A stretch of 64,000 bases of DNA, taken from the NCBI RefSeq assembly GCF_023055435.1, contig NW_025963890.1, positions 33,914,001-33,978,000 on the forward strand, in the 5' to 3' direction. The notes below the pieces were generated by a model. The model made no database searches and had not been told where the DNA came from. It saw nothing but the letters and a program-made list of their open reading frames with translations. This DNA is from Haliotis rufescens (taxonomy: Eukaryota). Both the position numbers and the translations under genes were made by a program. Positions 1 to 13,100 of the stretch are shown piece after piece (the first letter of the stretch is position 1; every line of letters begins with the position of its first letter).

Positions 1-349
1 ATTTTTTACGTTTCCATGGCAACAAGATGGACTTAGGTTCTGTGAGGGTAGGGTTCGTTTCCGGAGCATAACTCATAAACCGTTCAATATTTTTTCACGA
101 AACTTTGCAGGTTTGTCAGGTTCATGCTGAACTGGTGCCTTTGGCTATTTAGAAATTTTAGAAATTTTTATTTTTTTACGTTTCCATGGCAGCAAGATGG
201 ACTTAGGTTCCAAACTCTTCTTTCTTTCACAATTTCCATGACAAGTTCCACCTCGGTTAAAAAAGGTTAGGGTTTGTTTAGATTTAATTATGTCATAAAT
301 TCTGCAACAGGGGCGGGGGATATAGCCACGTTAGTGGCAAACTCTTGTT
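1..349 (+). mobile_element. 3' part of a non-autonomous Helentron-associated (HINE-like) element with tandem core
   Basis: ttttttacgtttccatggcaacaagatggacttaggttc occurs at ~2 and again (one mismatch) at ~172. The element ends in ggggcggggga, a short hairpin (gccac-gtta-gtggc) and actcttgtt, a typical HINE-type terminus. Confidence 0.5.
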
Positions 350-2477
350 GGAATAAATTTAGAAATGCTTTGTGAAATTGTTCTAAAAATCATGATAGAA
401 TCTATGAATGTATTACCCCCCGGTATGAAATGATGTGGAACTAACACCGAAAATATGTATGCAGCATTTTATTGCTTATATATTTCCTATTATATATTCA
501 GCAACGCAGGAATGTTATTTTGAAACACGTTTTGTGAAGCCCATTTTCACGCACCTGTTGTAGAGGGTGATCTTGCTGATCAACGATATCCATAGACGTA
601 TTGCGTAGGGTACTCTTGTTGTAGTGACACTTATCAGTGTGTACATCGCAGAAATATTAATCATGTCCCATTAATATTCACCGTAACATTGAATGGTGAT
701 TCTTATATATCAACAGAAGTTCAAATAAAAGATACCGAGAAACTTGCATGTGGCATGTTGATTTATCGTCTACCGTTTCCGGGTCACGGGAGCATGTAAG
801 GTCAAACGGATTAAATAATATGCGAATTATATCGTCGAAGTCACATTTTTATTTCATATTGGTGGTGATTACTGCTACTATGTATTGACTTATGTTTTTG
901 CTGTATGTGATAGGCGAAATATTTCAAAATTTACTGTAATTGTTTTGTATTCTTAAATATTCAACCAAAATGCTTGAAATTAGGATTAGTGAATATATAT
1001 AAGTCATTGATTGTTTCTATGCTTATTTTATAACATGACACATCAGATTAACCCGAATGTTCGTATTTCTGACACCGACATGATGACCTCGAAAATTAAG
1101 TTATTTTTCTGTTTAACATTTAGATAATACATTTACTGAAATGGTTCATAATTTACCATCGCGCTGTTATTTGCCGATAAAAAACAACAACAATTTTTTA
1201 CTTAATTATAATTAAGATATCGGAGATATGATTATTGAAATCAATTTGCACAAATGTTACGATATAAATAGGTTTCTAACATGAAACACAAACCACCTTC
1301 AATAATGCAATTCAGGTAAGTACAAGAATAAATTTATAAATTTTGTTTTCGCTTTGGTCCTAACCTTGGTATGATCGAAAACATCAAGATAATTTATATA
1401 GTACTGTGTTGTTTTCTATCAGGAATAAATGTGCAAAATATTTCTTCAATTGGCCCTTGTTTAATGAGGCACTGACTGTTTGAAATCACCCACCCTCTTT
1501 AGAGCGCCTTCTGCTAAAATTAATCCAGCAGACAGGGGTAAGAAGTGTGAAAACAATTCAGCAGGCTAAAGATTAATGCATATAATGTAATAATTTGGAA
1601 TCCACATTCAAGCTTGAAGTAGGTAAAGTAAATGAAGTGCAAGGGAAATATCATGTATGACATAATAAAGTTCAGATCCTAAGGAATCACCTGACATGTA
1701 ATTACAATACTTTAACATACTTAACATACTTAAGTCTCAACACCAGCATAGATTTGCTGTACCTTGTCCTCATGATCCTCAAATCTGGCATCGTTGTCAC
1801 ACTGGATGTCACATGGTGCGATAGGAGTCAAAATCATGTACATCTATTCATTGAAATGTCACAGAGTTTACATTGTGTTGTTTGAACAATAGGTGTACTT
1901 TCTTAAGTCATGAAGCTTTTCATTGTTTATATCACTGGCAAACAAGAAATCTACTGCATTTGCCTTATCACTAAACAGACCATAGGTAAGATATAAAACA
2001 AGCTACTGGTAACCATGGTAACTCTAAATTGCTAATCACTTGTGTCTTGTTTAGATTCAAAATCTATTTACTCAGTACAGGTGAACTATGATTCCTCATA
2101 GCACCTAAATTATGCCCCATCGACAAGGAATGACGATGTGAAACATGAGTAATTTAAACTGAACAAATTTCTCCCACCAGGGCCATGTTCCACAAAAGAA
2201 GTGAGTGCAAATGTGAGCCTTTGTTAGGAAGCACTTACTACTAATCACTGTTTCAATATTGGCAAGGCTGTTGTTATTTTGTTTCTAAATGTTCATGTTA
2301 CTTTATTAGTATTACGAAAAGACTGTAAACGAATCATACCTATCTATAGAAACTCAGAAACAAACATTCTTCCTACAATAGCTTTGTCATGTTTAAATAA
2401 TGAAGACTATAACTGAGGATATTGGATTTGTTTTGTAACTAAGCACCAAATGATCCTCTTCCTTTCATTTTATTATC

Positions 2478-3790
2478 TTACCTGCTCCAAAGGACCAAGG
2501 TGAGCTTATGCCATACCGTGGCGTCTGTTGTCCGTACGTCAACAATTTTTTCAAACGACTTCTTCTTCTGAACCACTAATTGGAAATTAACGAAATTTGA
2601 CTGGAAGCATCCCTAGGTGGTGGGGATTAAAAATTGTACAAATGGTGGTGCTGACCCCCATGGGACTGAGGGGCGGGGCGAAATATGGAATAATTTGGCT
2701 ACAACTTCTTCTCTGGAACAAAGAGATAGATATCAACCATATTTGGTTGGAAGCATTCTCCAGTGGTGAGAATTCAGAATTGTACAAATGGAGGGGCTAA
2801 GGGGCGGGGCGAAATATGGAGTAATTTGGCTTTATTGCTTTAAGCAACTTCTTCTCTGTAACTTAGAGATTGATATCAACCATATTTGGTTGGAAGCATT
2901 CTCCAGTGGTGAGAATTCAGAATTGTACAAATGGAGGGGCTAAGGGGCGGGGCGAAATATGGAGTAATTTGACTTTATTGCTTTAAGCGACTTCTTCTCT
3001 GTAACTAAGAGATTGATATCAACCATATTTGGTTGGAAGCATTCTCCAGTGGTGAGAATTCAGAATTGTACAAATGGAGGGGCTAAGGGGCGGGGCGAAA
3101 TATGGAATAATTTGGCTACAACTTCTTCTCTGGAACAAAGAGATAGATATCAACCATATTTGGTTGGAAGCATTCTCCAGTGGTGAGAATTCAGAATTGT
3201 ACAAATGGAGGGGCTAAGGGGCGAAATATGGAGTAATTTGGCTTTATTGCTTTAAGCGACTTCTTCTCTGTAACTAAGAGATTGATATCAACCATATTTG
3301 GTTGGAAGCATTCTCCAGTGGTGAGAATTCAGAATTGTACAAATGGAGGGGCTAAGGGGCGGGGCGAAATATGGAGTAATTTGGCTTTATTGCTTTAAGC
3401 GACTTCTTCTCTGTAACTAAGAGATTGATATCAACCATATTTGGTTGGAAGCATTCTCCAGTGGTGAGAATTCAGAATTGTACAAATGGAGGGGCTAAGG
3501 GGCGGGGCGAAATATGGAGTAATTTGGCTTTATTGCTTTAAGCGACTTCTTCTCTGTAACTAAGAGATTGATATCAACCATATTTGGTTGGAAGCATTCT
3601 CCAGTGGTGAGAAGTCAGAATTGTACAAATGGAGGGGCTAAGGGGCGGGGCGAAATATGGAGTAATTTGGCTTTATTGCTTTAAGCGACTTCTTCTCTGT
3701 AACTAAGAGATTGATATCAACCATATTTGGTTGGAAGCATTTTCCAATGGTCGGGATTCAAATTGGAGAAATGAAGGGGCAACCTTGTCC
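2478..3790 (+). mobile_element. HINE/Helentron-associated element with internal ~143-bp tandem array (~8 copies)
   Basis: Starts acctgctccaaaggaccaaggtgagcttatgcc...gtccgtacgtc...aacgacttcttct, a molluscan HINE-like head. The core marker caaccatatttggttggaagcatt recurs at ~2734, 2877, 3020, 3152, 3289, 3432, 3575 and 3718. Confidence 0.65.
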
Positions 3791-4164
3791 ATAACATGCA
3801 AACAGATATTATCCCCACCCTATAATATACATTTTACATTTATGCCAATTGGATTCTCCCTGGGGTCCGGCCTTGCCTCTGGAGACTGAGATCCTGGATC
3901 ATAACATGGAAATGGTTCAGATCTTTATGCTATATTCATATCTAGAGAAATACATGTTCATGCTGTCAGATTTGTCATCCACCCATTTTAAATGCTGACA
4001 GAATCAAAATTACGAAATATTTGCAGTATTATATACATGTACAATGCAAATGTATATTTTGTCATGATTGCATAAATATACAGGCCTCTTGTTTTCTTTC
4101 TCTCACTCCCCTCTCCTCTAGTCATTGGTCAGTAAGTAATAACCTATGTAATTTCTCATTTCAG

Positions 4165-4230
4165 GAAAGGAGAATTGAGGAAGTGCGGAAGAACAAGAGT
4201 TCTCTGCAGTCCACAGGTGTTGATGCCTGA
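4165..4230 (+). CDS. Probable terminal coding exon of an upstream gene (ERRIEEVRKNKSSLQSTGVDA*), product unknown
   Basis: Acceptor atttctcatttcag| followed by a phase-0 open frame to TGA. About 2.2 kb of UTR-like unique sequence follows, with AATAAA clusters near 6405. Confidence 0.45.
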   Translation, partial: ERRIEEVRKNKSSLQSTGVDA

Positions 4231-7019
4231 GCATGTGCTTGGTGACCAGTGGTCAGTTTCTGCTATTGTCCTGAGGCCAGCATCTCTGGTCACCTCCTGA
4301 CCACCAAGGAAGACATACACACACTTAATGGAGTCTGAGTTGCTACTCTGTCAGCCAGTGACAGCAGCATTTATAATATTATTGTTTATTTGACTACATG
4401 ATTCCAGCTCTTCATTTATCTGTATAGTGCTGTTCGTAAGGCATAGAAGTTAATCAACTCAGTTGTTTTTGAGTTGGACATGTTAAACCTGATGAAAATG
4501 CTGTAAAGTGATACCAGTTGGATGCCCTCTCCCTCCCTCGTTTTACACTGTCGTCTGTGGACACACAATTATTTCAGTACAGGTGTATTGCTGACTTGAA
4601 TCTCCGTCTGTATGAATCTCTTTCTCTGTCTGTATTACTCTACAACTACTTTTTGCTTGTTCTGGACTTATTGTCCATCTTGGTGTTAATGAAAGAAGTG
4701 CAAATTTGTCATGTATTTCATACTGCCATTTTTATTATCATCCACAAGCTATGCATTATTTTTTCGTCAACCTAGATGATAGAAGGATTTCATACGCATG
4801 AAAGATTGTGTGCAAGCATTTCATCAGTAATAATTATTGTAGCCCTCCATCTCTCCACCATTCATTCCGTTCATGTATTGCCATGCCCAAGTTGTAGCTT
4901 TTATAGTCAACTTTTTAGTACAAGGTCAATTTGCGTGCTTTAAGAGGACAATCAACAGTATTGTAGTTAGTGGCGACATGCGTCTATTGCAGATGTTTTA
5001 TCACTTGCCACCATTTCAGCATTGAAGGTTTCAATAATTGTTCACAAAACATCCAGCTCCTCATCAACCTGCAGCTGATTCAAACATGGATTATCTTGCC
5101 AACAAGCATGTTCTAATTTTTCACTCTGTGTGTATGTTGAAGTTAGAATACGCTGACAGTTCATTGTCCCGACATGTTTTCTAAAATTGATTAAACTTCC
5201 TTGAAACTGACCTTTTTATGAAACTCCATTTTATTGCAAGATTAATGCGTGATTAATGTGAATCCTTTTTAGTGTTTGGCAGTGATGAAGTAACATTGTG
5301 TGAGTGTCTCTGCTCAAGACGCATGTTACCACAAGATTGTATCATACGAGGAGTAGACCGGCAGTAGTCTAGTCAGCAGGCAATGTAGCCACTTTCAGTA
5401 GCACTGATAACGTCCCTTGTACATCCGAACAAGACTTTATCTTTACAGGGATGATGCCAGCACACTTGTATTGTGTAAAACCCGGCGGGTGACTAATTGA
5501 TGGTTTGGAACACAGAGTGTTAAGGATCTATAAAGTGCTGAGTACAGGTTTTGTATGATGGACTGCTGTTGCAAAGTGTACTATGAACCATGTGCTAATG
5601 TGCGAGCTACGCTTGTTGCACCAACATGTATGTACGCCAGATTGTTGATTGTTACGCACAATGTTCAGAACTGTGTTATGCCAGTGGGACCAAGATGTGA
5701 TTTTGTTTTTGTGCATCATAATTTGCAAAGGCCCCTTGCTTGTTTTTTCAGCATTTTGGAACTTAGTACATGTGAATAAAAATTTGGTTACTTGCCTTCT
5801 AATTACGCCGTTTGTTATTGCTTCAGTATGTCTGAAAATACACCAAGATGGATACAGAGTGGTTGTGCTGGACACTAAGGTTTGGAATGTGCATCTGCCA
5901 GTGTCTCTCAATGCATGTTAAGTTGTTTTTAACAATTAACACCTCTGAAGCAGCCTTACATACCTGATGTATGTGGAACAACTCACAGCATACATTACAC
6001 TCAAGGATAAGGCCATTGTTTGAAGTAACTAAACTATGTAACTGGTTTGATATCCAGCCAACATTGAAAGGAATGGGTATAATAGGAAGATGATTTGTTT
6101 GTATTGCTGCTTAATTGGCAATACTCCAGCTACATGTATGTGAAGGCGGTCTGTGAATAGTCAAGTCTGGCCCAGAAACTCCTGTGATTGAATGCAATCA
6201 ACCAAGTCACAGCTCTAACTGCCCAAGCCATTTAGACGCCTCTTAAGACAAGCACATCTATAGATTGCTGGGTAGCTCCTAGACACCAAGGATGGGAGCA
6301 AGATGAACGTGAATGTGTATTTAATGCTGTAAATGGTTTTCAATACTGTCAACTACAAATAAGATGCAGCTGCTCTCTATTATGGTGATTGTGAATGTTT
6401 ACATAAATAAATAAATGTCTCCCCAGTGTATAGATGGCAACAACCATGCGTGGAGTTCAAAACGCAGCCGACTGACTGTTGTTTACAAACAAGTGATGAC
6501 TGACCTGACGCCAAATACTCTTACCCCTGCTCAAATATTTTCCTTGTTTGTCAATTTGAATTTCTGTTTCATTACAATTATCTCAAACCAATCTGATCAA
6601 ACAACCAGAATGGTAGATTCTAAATTTATTTAAGAAACATAGTCAGTCGTAAACATTCACTATGATCGCTTTCCCCAAGACGTAAACAAAAGCATAAACA
6701 TGACTACATTAGGGGTCAGAGGGCAAATTTCAAGCTTAGGGACGAAAAATCAAAGGGAAACAACTCTCTATTAAGCTGTTTCCTTTCACAGCCAATAGTT
6801 TCCAGGGGAGGGTGCGCTTGCGCTACATTGCGCAGCCTATCCAGGGAGGTGCCGTTGTACAAGACAACCTTAGCGCTACGGCTGTCTAAGTCTGCGATAA
6901 GGATGCACAGCTCCTGGTTTAGCTGCAGACGTCCCAGGACACTTTAACCATAGCGAAACAACATGGATATAAACACAATGAAATAAAGTACAAGCAGTGT
7001 TGTTTTAGAATCCACAGAA

Positions 7020-7255
7020 TTCTGACACCCCTGGGCATTCCGAGTAAGAATTGCAGGTCCCCAGCAACCTATGCTATTAGTGGCGACCGAATGGATCGGG
7101 GTGTCCAGCTCGGTGACTTGGTTGAATTGCATTGCGGCGTAGTCCAGTTGCGTGGATCGATGCTCAGGATATCGATCACTGGATTGTCTAGTCCATACTC
7201 GATTATTTACTGACAGCCGTCATGTTGCTCGAATATTAAAACAACAAACAACATT
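7020..7255 (+). mobile_element. Dispersed SINE-like repeat, family A (degenerate)
   Basis: Reverse complement of the copies at 20495, 30935 and 32675 (gatcactggattgtctagtccatactcgattatttac...gaatatt...aaacaac). Confidence 0.7.
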
Positions 7256-8549
7256 ATCCTGACTTGAACTGTGAATGGATTAGCCTGGGTCTCGACGACT
7301 TATATGTATTTGGAATGGTAGGCATTAGCTGGCTACCAGCCATTGGAAGAAGAATATCACTTATGGATATGTGATGTTTTTGTCTCAGTGTCAATATAAC
7401 TATTTTTGAGTGAGATGTTGAGGTATCATAGGACACTTGGCAACATTTGTAGTGTACAGTACGAAATGGGGTTGAACATGGCCTGTTTTTATGTTCCTAT
7501 GATGTTTCTCACAAACCTCTATTAATTATTGGCAATAACTATCTACACTCGTGACCTACAGTGTCGCTTCGCGCAGTGAAGAGATTCATGACATAGGGCA
7601 GGCCATCACCGGGGGACAGACGGCTTATTTCCTTCAGCACATACTCCTCGTCCGAAAGTATACCCCTGTATATTAGATGTGACTGTGTGGTGCCATCATT
7701 GATCTAAATGTGATGTTAGGACATGGTATAGTTGTACACATTCTACATGTACGTGTACGGACATACACTTTTTTTTTGTAAAAGCCACGAAGCCCTGCAG
7801 CTCGCCTTCACTGGTAAGTATTTGTAGGTGGTAAACATTTAGGTTAGCTGGTTAAAATCTAGATTTAAACATTCAACGTCTATCATTTATACAACACCAG
7901 TCACGTGATATTAAATACCCAAAGGATCTCAAAAATGTATTTGGGACTGGGGAAAAGGTTCTGGCACACTTCGGCCAGCTTAAATGTATGGGCGTGGAAT
8001 TTTCTTTTTCGTTAACTCTTTTATACCTTCAGAAGAAAACTAAATGCAGTTTAGTGAGTTGATCATTTTATTGCCAAATGACACATGATATAAATTATAC
8101 AAATCGCAATACATAACAAAGGTAATTTGTAATAAACAACAGTGACACAACTGGTCCCAAAAAGTGCACCGGAGTTGAATCACTCCACACGAGACATCTG
8201 CCCGACTGAATCACCCCTCTGTGCGTCTCTACCTGTCCGGCCCCACAGACAACATGACTGGGTTCTGTCTGGGATACTTGTGACGAAACGACTCATGTAT
8301 CTACCACGTAACTCTGTATACTTCACCAACGGGAAAATGAAATGGCATATTTACAATAATGAAGAAAACATATCCCGTCAATGTTGCAGTTTGATCTCAA
8401 ATGGTCGTACGTGAAGAAACAGACGTTATTGGGCTCTGTGTTTATTTCAAGTTCTGAATAAAATTAATTATCTGATTAGCATAATCCCCTTTTTATGAAA
8501 TATGCAATATGTGAAAATATTATATTATACCAAGACAGTGTAATGTTGA

Positions 8550-8792
8550 CCGCTCTGAGTGGTTAGCGATAGTAGACAGATGTCGGACCATACGAGAGAC
8601 TGCTTGCACGGAGTATTTCCGAATTGTTGACATGCGTACATGGGAATTTACTTTGTCGCGTATCATGTTGCCCACAGAGTGATACTTCAGTAGAAATAAT
8701 CAAGTAGGCAGGCAGCCGCGACCAGTTGGATGTCTACAATGTCGTCAAACCCTGACGGGATGTTAACACTCACTCACTCACTCACTCACTCA
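8550..8792 (+). mobile_element. Degenerate SINE-like element ending in (ACTC)n tail
   Basis: A-box-like gagtggttagc at the 5' end and gttaac(actc)n at the 3' end, the same tail type as other SINEs in the window. Confidence 0.4.
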
Positions 8793-9526
8793 GTCCACAT
8801 ATGATCAAAGTGTTCCGAGTGCAAATATGTTCCGAATAGAAAAGGTGATATATCTGTGAAAAAAGGCGCTGATATATACTCTACGATTACATCGTTCACG
8901 AAGCAAAGCACCATTTGGGTTGTTTTTGACCATAGTTTTAAAGATTTTAAGCTCCGATTCACATATCTTTATGCTGCGGTTAACAATTAGTTACTATAAT
9001 CTACATATGTTAAGTAACACGACTGCAGATACAACACAGACAAATTCACCTAGTTCACCTAGTACCAGAGTGTTCTTGGAATATTGATATAACAGCAGCA
9101 CACCGTCCTTGCAATGGCAAACATACTGTGTATCCCTCTGCTTATGTTTGAACCAGACATTATGTCAAAGTAAGATATCAACGTGCACATAGGCGACAGA
9201 TGCGACTAGACGGTAAATGACGAAATGGTCTTTGAGGCTCGAGCCGGGCACATCTGCCGCCACAAATGTCCTGTCCGTATCACTGGCATGCGAGGGTATC
9301 GTTGATGGTGATGTTCAAGATTTTTCCAGCGCTCACGGTGGAGCCGACTTCGCACTTGGAGCAACAATGAAGGTCCGTCTTGTATATCTATTTCTGCCAC
9401 GTTTCACCTAATGTTCTAAACTGGTAATAGTAGGTGCGACATATTATTTGCATGTGTTACATGAGTCCCTGAATCTTGCATAGCGTTTTCGGAAGAAGGT
9501 GGTAAACATGGAGACGCTGTTTGTTT

Positions 9527-9603
9527 CTACCGTTGGAAGAAGACAGCGAGCAAGGCAAGGCAGATGCAGCCAAGGAAAGAACAGTTCACAAATGATGCCG
9601 AGT
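9527..9603 (-). CDS. Exon 4 (last) of GPI-anchored RGM-N/neuritin-like protein: (D)SASFVNCSFLGCICLALLAVFFQR*
   Basis: Strong acceptor ttggttctttttcag|. Phase 1 matches exon 3. Small residues followed by a hydrophobic tail and stop fit a GPI signal. Confidence 0.75.
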
Positions 9604-10083
9604 CTGAAAAAGAACCAAATACAAGATTGATACTGTATTTCTATTCAACAATACAACAAGAACGTACACCAATTGTTGAAAAAGTCACGGCGCAATAAGT
9701 GACGAGTTGTAAAACACTACAGCATGTAATCAGTACGGAAGATTCAAGTATGTTTACAATTTGTGAAGCTTGTCAGCACCTGGACATGGAATGTGGTAGT
9801 CATCATCGACATCGTACTTGCAATGGTTTAACCTATAGGGACAGGTCCGCCCTGACTATTATCCTTGGTTTACCAGCACCATATATTGTCCTTCGGGCTT
9901 TTCTCAAATATTATATATGATAGGTTTCTATTTCTCACCCCCGAAGGACCATAGAGGTTCTTTTACCATACTTCGCATACTACAATGATAGTTGTTTTCA
10001 ATTCCGATTTTTCAAGCCAGAACAAGCTGCGAGGCTTTGGAGTCTTTATGGACGTGGTTGGTATAGATATAGTATCTACTTAC

Positions 10084-10199
10084 CGCACTGGGGGTATTTA
10101 TCCTTGGCAGTGTCGATGTCATTCTGCACCCACTCGTTCTGCTTTGGGGTACATGCTCCCTTGACGTTCTCCAGGCAGTCTATCTTTTGTCGTATGTAC
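10084..10199 (-). CDS. Exon 3 of the same gene: (W)YIRQKIDCLENVKGACTPKQNEWVQNDIDTAKDKYPQC
   Basis: Acceptor cctctctatcgctgcag| and donor |gtaagt. 116 bp, phase 2 to 1, open frame. Confidence 0.8.
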
Positions 10200-13100
10200 C
10201 TGCAGCGATAGAGAGGATTCTGTAACACCACAACACAAGCAGTTAATCTTCTCTCATGTGTACCTACACAGGGAGACTCATTTAACACCACAACACAAGC
10301 AGTCAACCTCCCCATGTGTACCTACACAGGGAGACTCATTTAACACCACTACACAAGCCGTCAACCTCCCCATCTGTACATACACAGGGAGACTCATTTA
10401 ACACCACAACACAAGCAGTCAACCTCCCCATATGTACCTACACAGGGAGACTCATTTAACACCACAACACAAGCAGTCAACCTCCCTTATGTGTACCTAC
10501 ACAGGGAGACTCATTTAACACCACAACACAAGCAGTCAACCTCCCCATGATTACCTACACAGGAAGACTCATTTAACACCACAACACAAGCAGTCAACCT
10601 CCCCCATGATTACCTACACAGGAAGACTCATTTAACACCACAACACAAGCAGTCAACCTCCCTTATGTGTACCTACACAGGGAGACTCATTTAACACCAC
10701 AACACAAGCAGTCAACCTCCACCATGTGTACCTACACAGGAAGACTCATTTAACACCACAACACAAGCAGTCAACCTCCCTTATGTGTACCTACACAGGG
10801 AGACTCATTTAACACCACAACACAAGCAGTCAACCTCCACCATGTGTACCTACACAGGAAGACTCATTTAACACCACAACACAAGCAGTCAACCTCCCCC
10901 ATGATTACCTACACAGGAAGACTCATTTAACACCACAACACAAGCAGTCAACCTCCCCATGGTTACCTACACAGGGAGACTCATTTAACACCCCAACACA
11001 AGCAGGCAACCTCCCCCATGTGAACCTATACAGGGAGACTCATTTAACACCACAACACAAGCAGTCAACCTCCCCATGTGTACCTACACAGGGAGACTCA
11101 TTTAACACCACAACACAAGCAGTCAACCTCCCCATATGTACCTACACAGGGAGACTCATTTAACACCACAACACAAGCAGTCAACCTCCCCATGTGAACC
11201 TATACAGGGAGACTCATTTAACACCACAAAACAAGCAGTCAACCTCCCCCATGTGTACCTACACAGGGGGACTTATTTAACACCACAACACAAGCAGTCA
11301 ACCTCCCCATATGTACCTACACAGGGAGACTCATTTAACACCACAACACAAGCAGTCAACCTCCCCCATGATTACCTACACAGGAAGACTCATTTAACAC
11401 CACAACACAAGCAGTCAACCTCCCTTATGTGTACCTACACAGGGAGACTCATTTAACACCACAACACAAGCAGTCAACCTCCCCCATGATTACCTACACA
11501 GGAAGACTCATTAACACCACAACACAAGCAGTCAACCTCCACCATGTGTACCTACACAGGGAGACTCATTTAACACCACAACACAAGCAGTCAACCTCCA
11601 CCATGTGTACCTACACAGGGAGACTCATTTAACACCACAACACAAGCAGTCAACCTCCCTTATGTGTACCTACACAGGGAGACTCATTTAACACCACAAC
11701 ACAAGCAGTCAACCTCCCCCATGATTACCTACACAGGAAGACTCATTTAACACCACAACACAAGCAGTCAACCTCCCTTATGTGTACCTACACAGGGAGA
11801 CTCATTTAACACCACAACACAAGCAGTCAACCTCCCCCATGATTACCTACACAGGAAGACTCATTAACACCACAACACAAGCAGTCAACCTCCACCATGT
11901 GTACCTACACAGGGAGACTCATTTAACACCACAACACAAGCAGTCTACCTCCACCATGTGTACCTACACAGGGAGACTCATTTAACACCACAACACAAGC
12001 AGTCAACCTCCCCCATGTGAACCTATACAGGAAGACTCATTTAACACCACAACACAAGCAGTCAACCTCCCTTATGTGTACCTACACAGGGAGACTCATT
12101 TAACACCACAACACAAGCAGTCAACCTCCCCATATGTACCTACACAGGGAGACTCATTTAACACCACAACACAAGCAGTCAACCTCCCTTATGTGTACCT
12201 ACACAGGGAGACTCATTTAACACCACAACACAAGCAGTCAACCTCCCCCATGATTACCTACACAGGAAGACTCATTTAACACCACAACACAAGCAGTCAA
12301 CCTCCTTTATGTGTACCTACACAGGGAGACTCATTTAACACCACAACACAAGCAGTCAACCTCCACCATGTGTACCTACACAGGAAGACTCATTTAACAC
12401 CACAACACAAGCAGTCAACCTCCACCATGTGTACCTACACAGGAAGACTCATTTAACACCAACAACACAAGCAGTCAACCTCCCTTATGTGTACCTACAC
12501 GGGGAGACTCATTTAACACCACAACACAAGCAGTCAACCTCCCCATATGTACCTACACAGGGAGACTCATTTAACACCACAACACAAGCAGTCAACCTCC
12601 CCCATGATTACCTACACAGGAAGACTCATTTAACACCACAACACAAGCAGTCAACCTCCCCATGGTTACCTACACAGGGAGACTCATTTAACACCCCAAC
12701 ACAAGCAGGCAACCTCCCCCATGTGAACCTATACAGGGAGACTCATTTAACACCACAACACAAGCAGTCCACCTCCCCATGTGTACCTACACAGGGAGAC
12801 TCATTTAACACCACAACACAAGCAGTCAACCTCCCCATATGTACCTACACAGGGAGACTCATTTAACACCACAACACAAGCAGTCAACCTCCCCATGTGA
12901 ACCTATACAGGGAGACTCATTTAACACCACAAAACAAGCAGTCAACCTCCCCCATGTGTACCTACACAGGGGGACTTATTTAACACCACAACACAAGCAG
13001 TCAACCTCCCCATATGTACCTACACAGGGAGACTCATTTAACACCACAACACAAGCAGTCAACCTCCCCCATGATTACCTACACAGGAAGACTCATTTAA

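Noticed and set aside
7770-7820. Plus-strand mini-exon ending ctg|gtaagt
   Set aside because: Isolated donor with no compatible partner exons found; similar isolated donors near 1316 and 2081 could not be linked either.
9206-9411. ORFs near 9.2-9.4 kb as the last exon of the Cys-rich gene
   Set aside because: Weak acceptors. The 9603 acceptor is much stronger and yields a coherent GPI tail, so this region is more likely 3' UTR.
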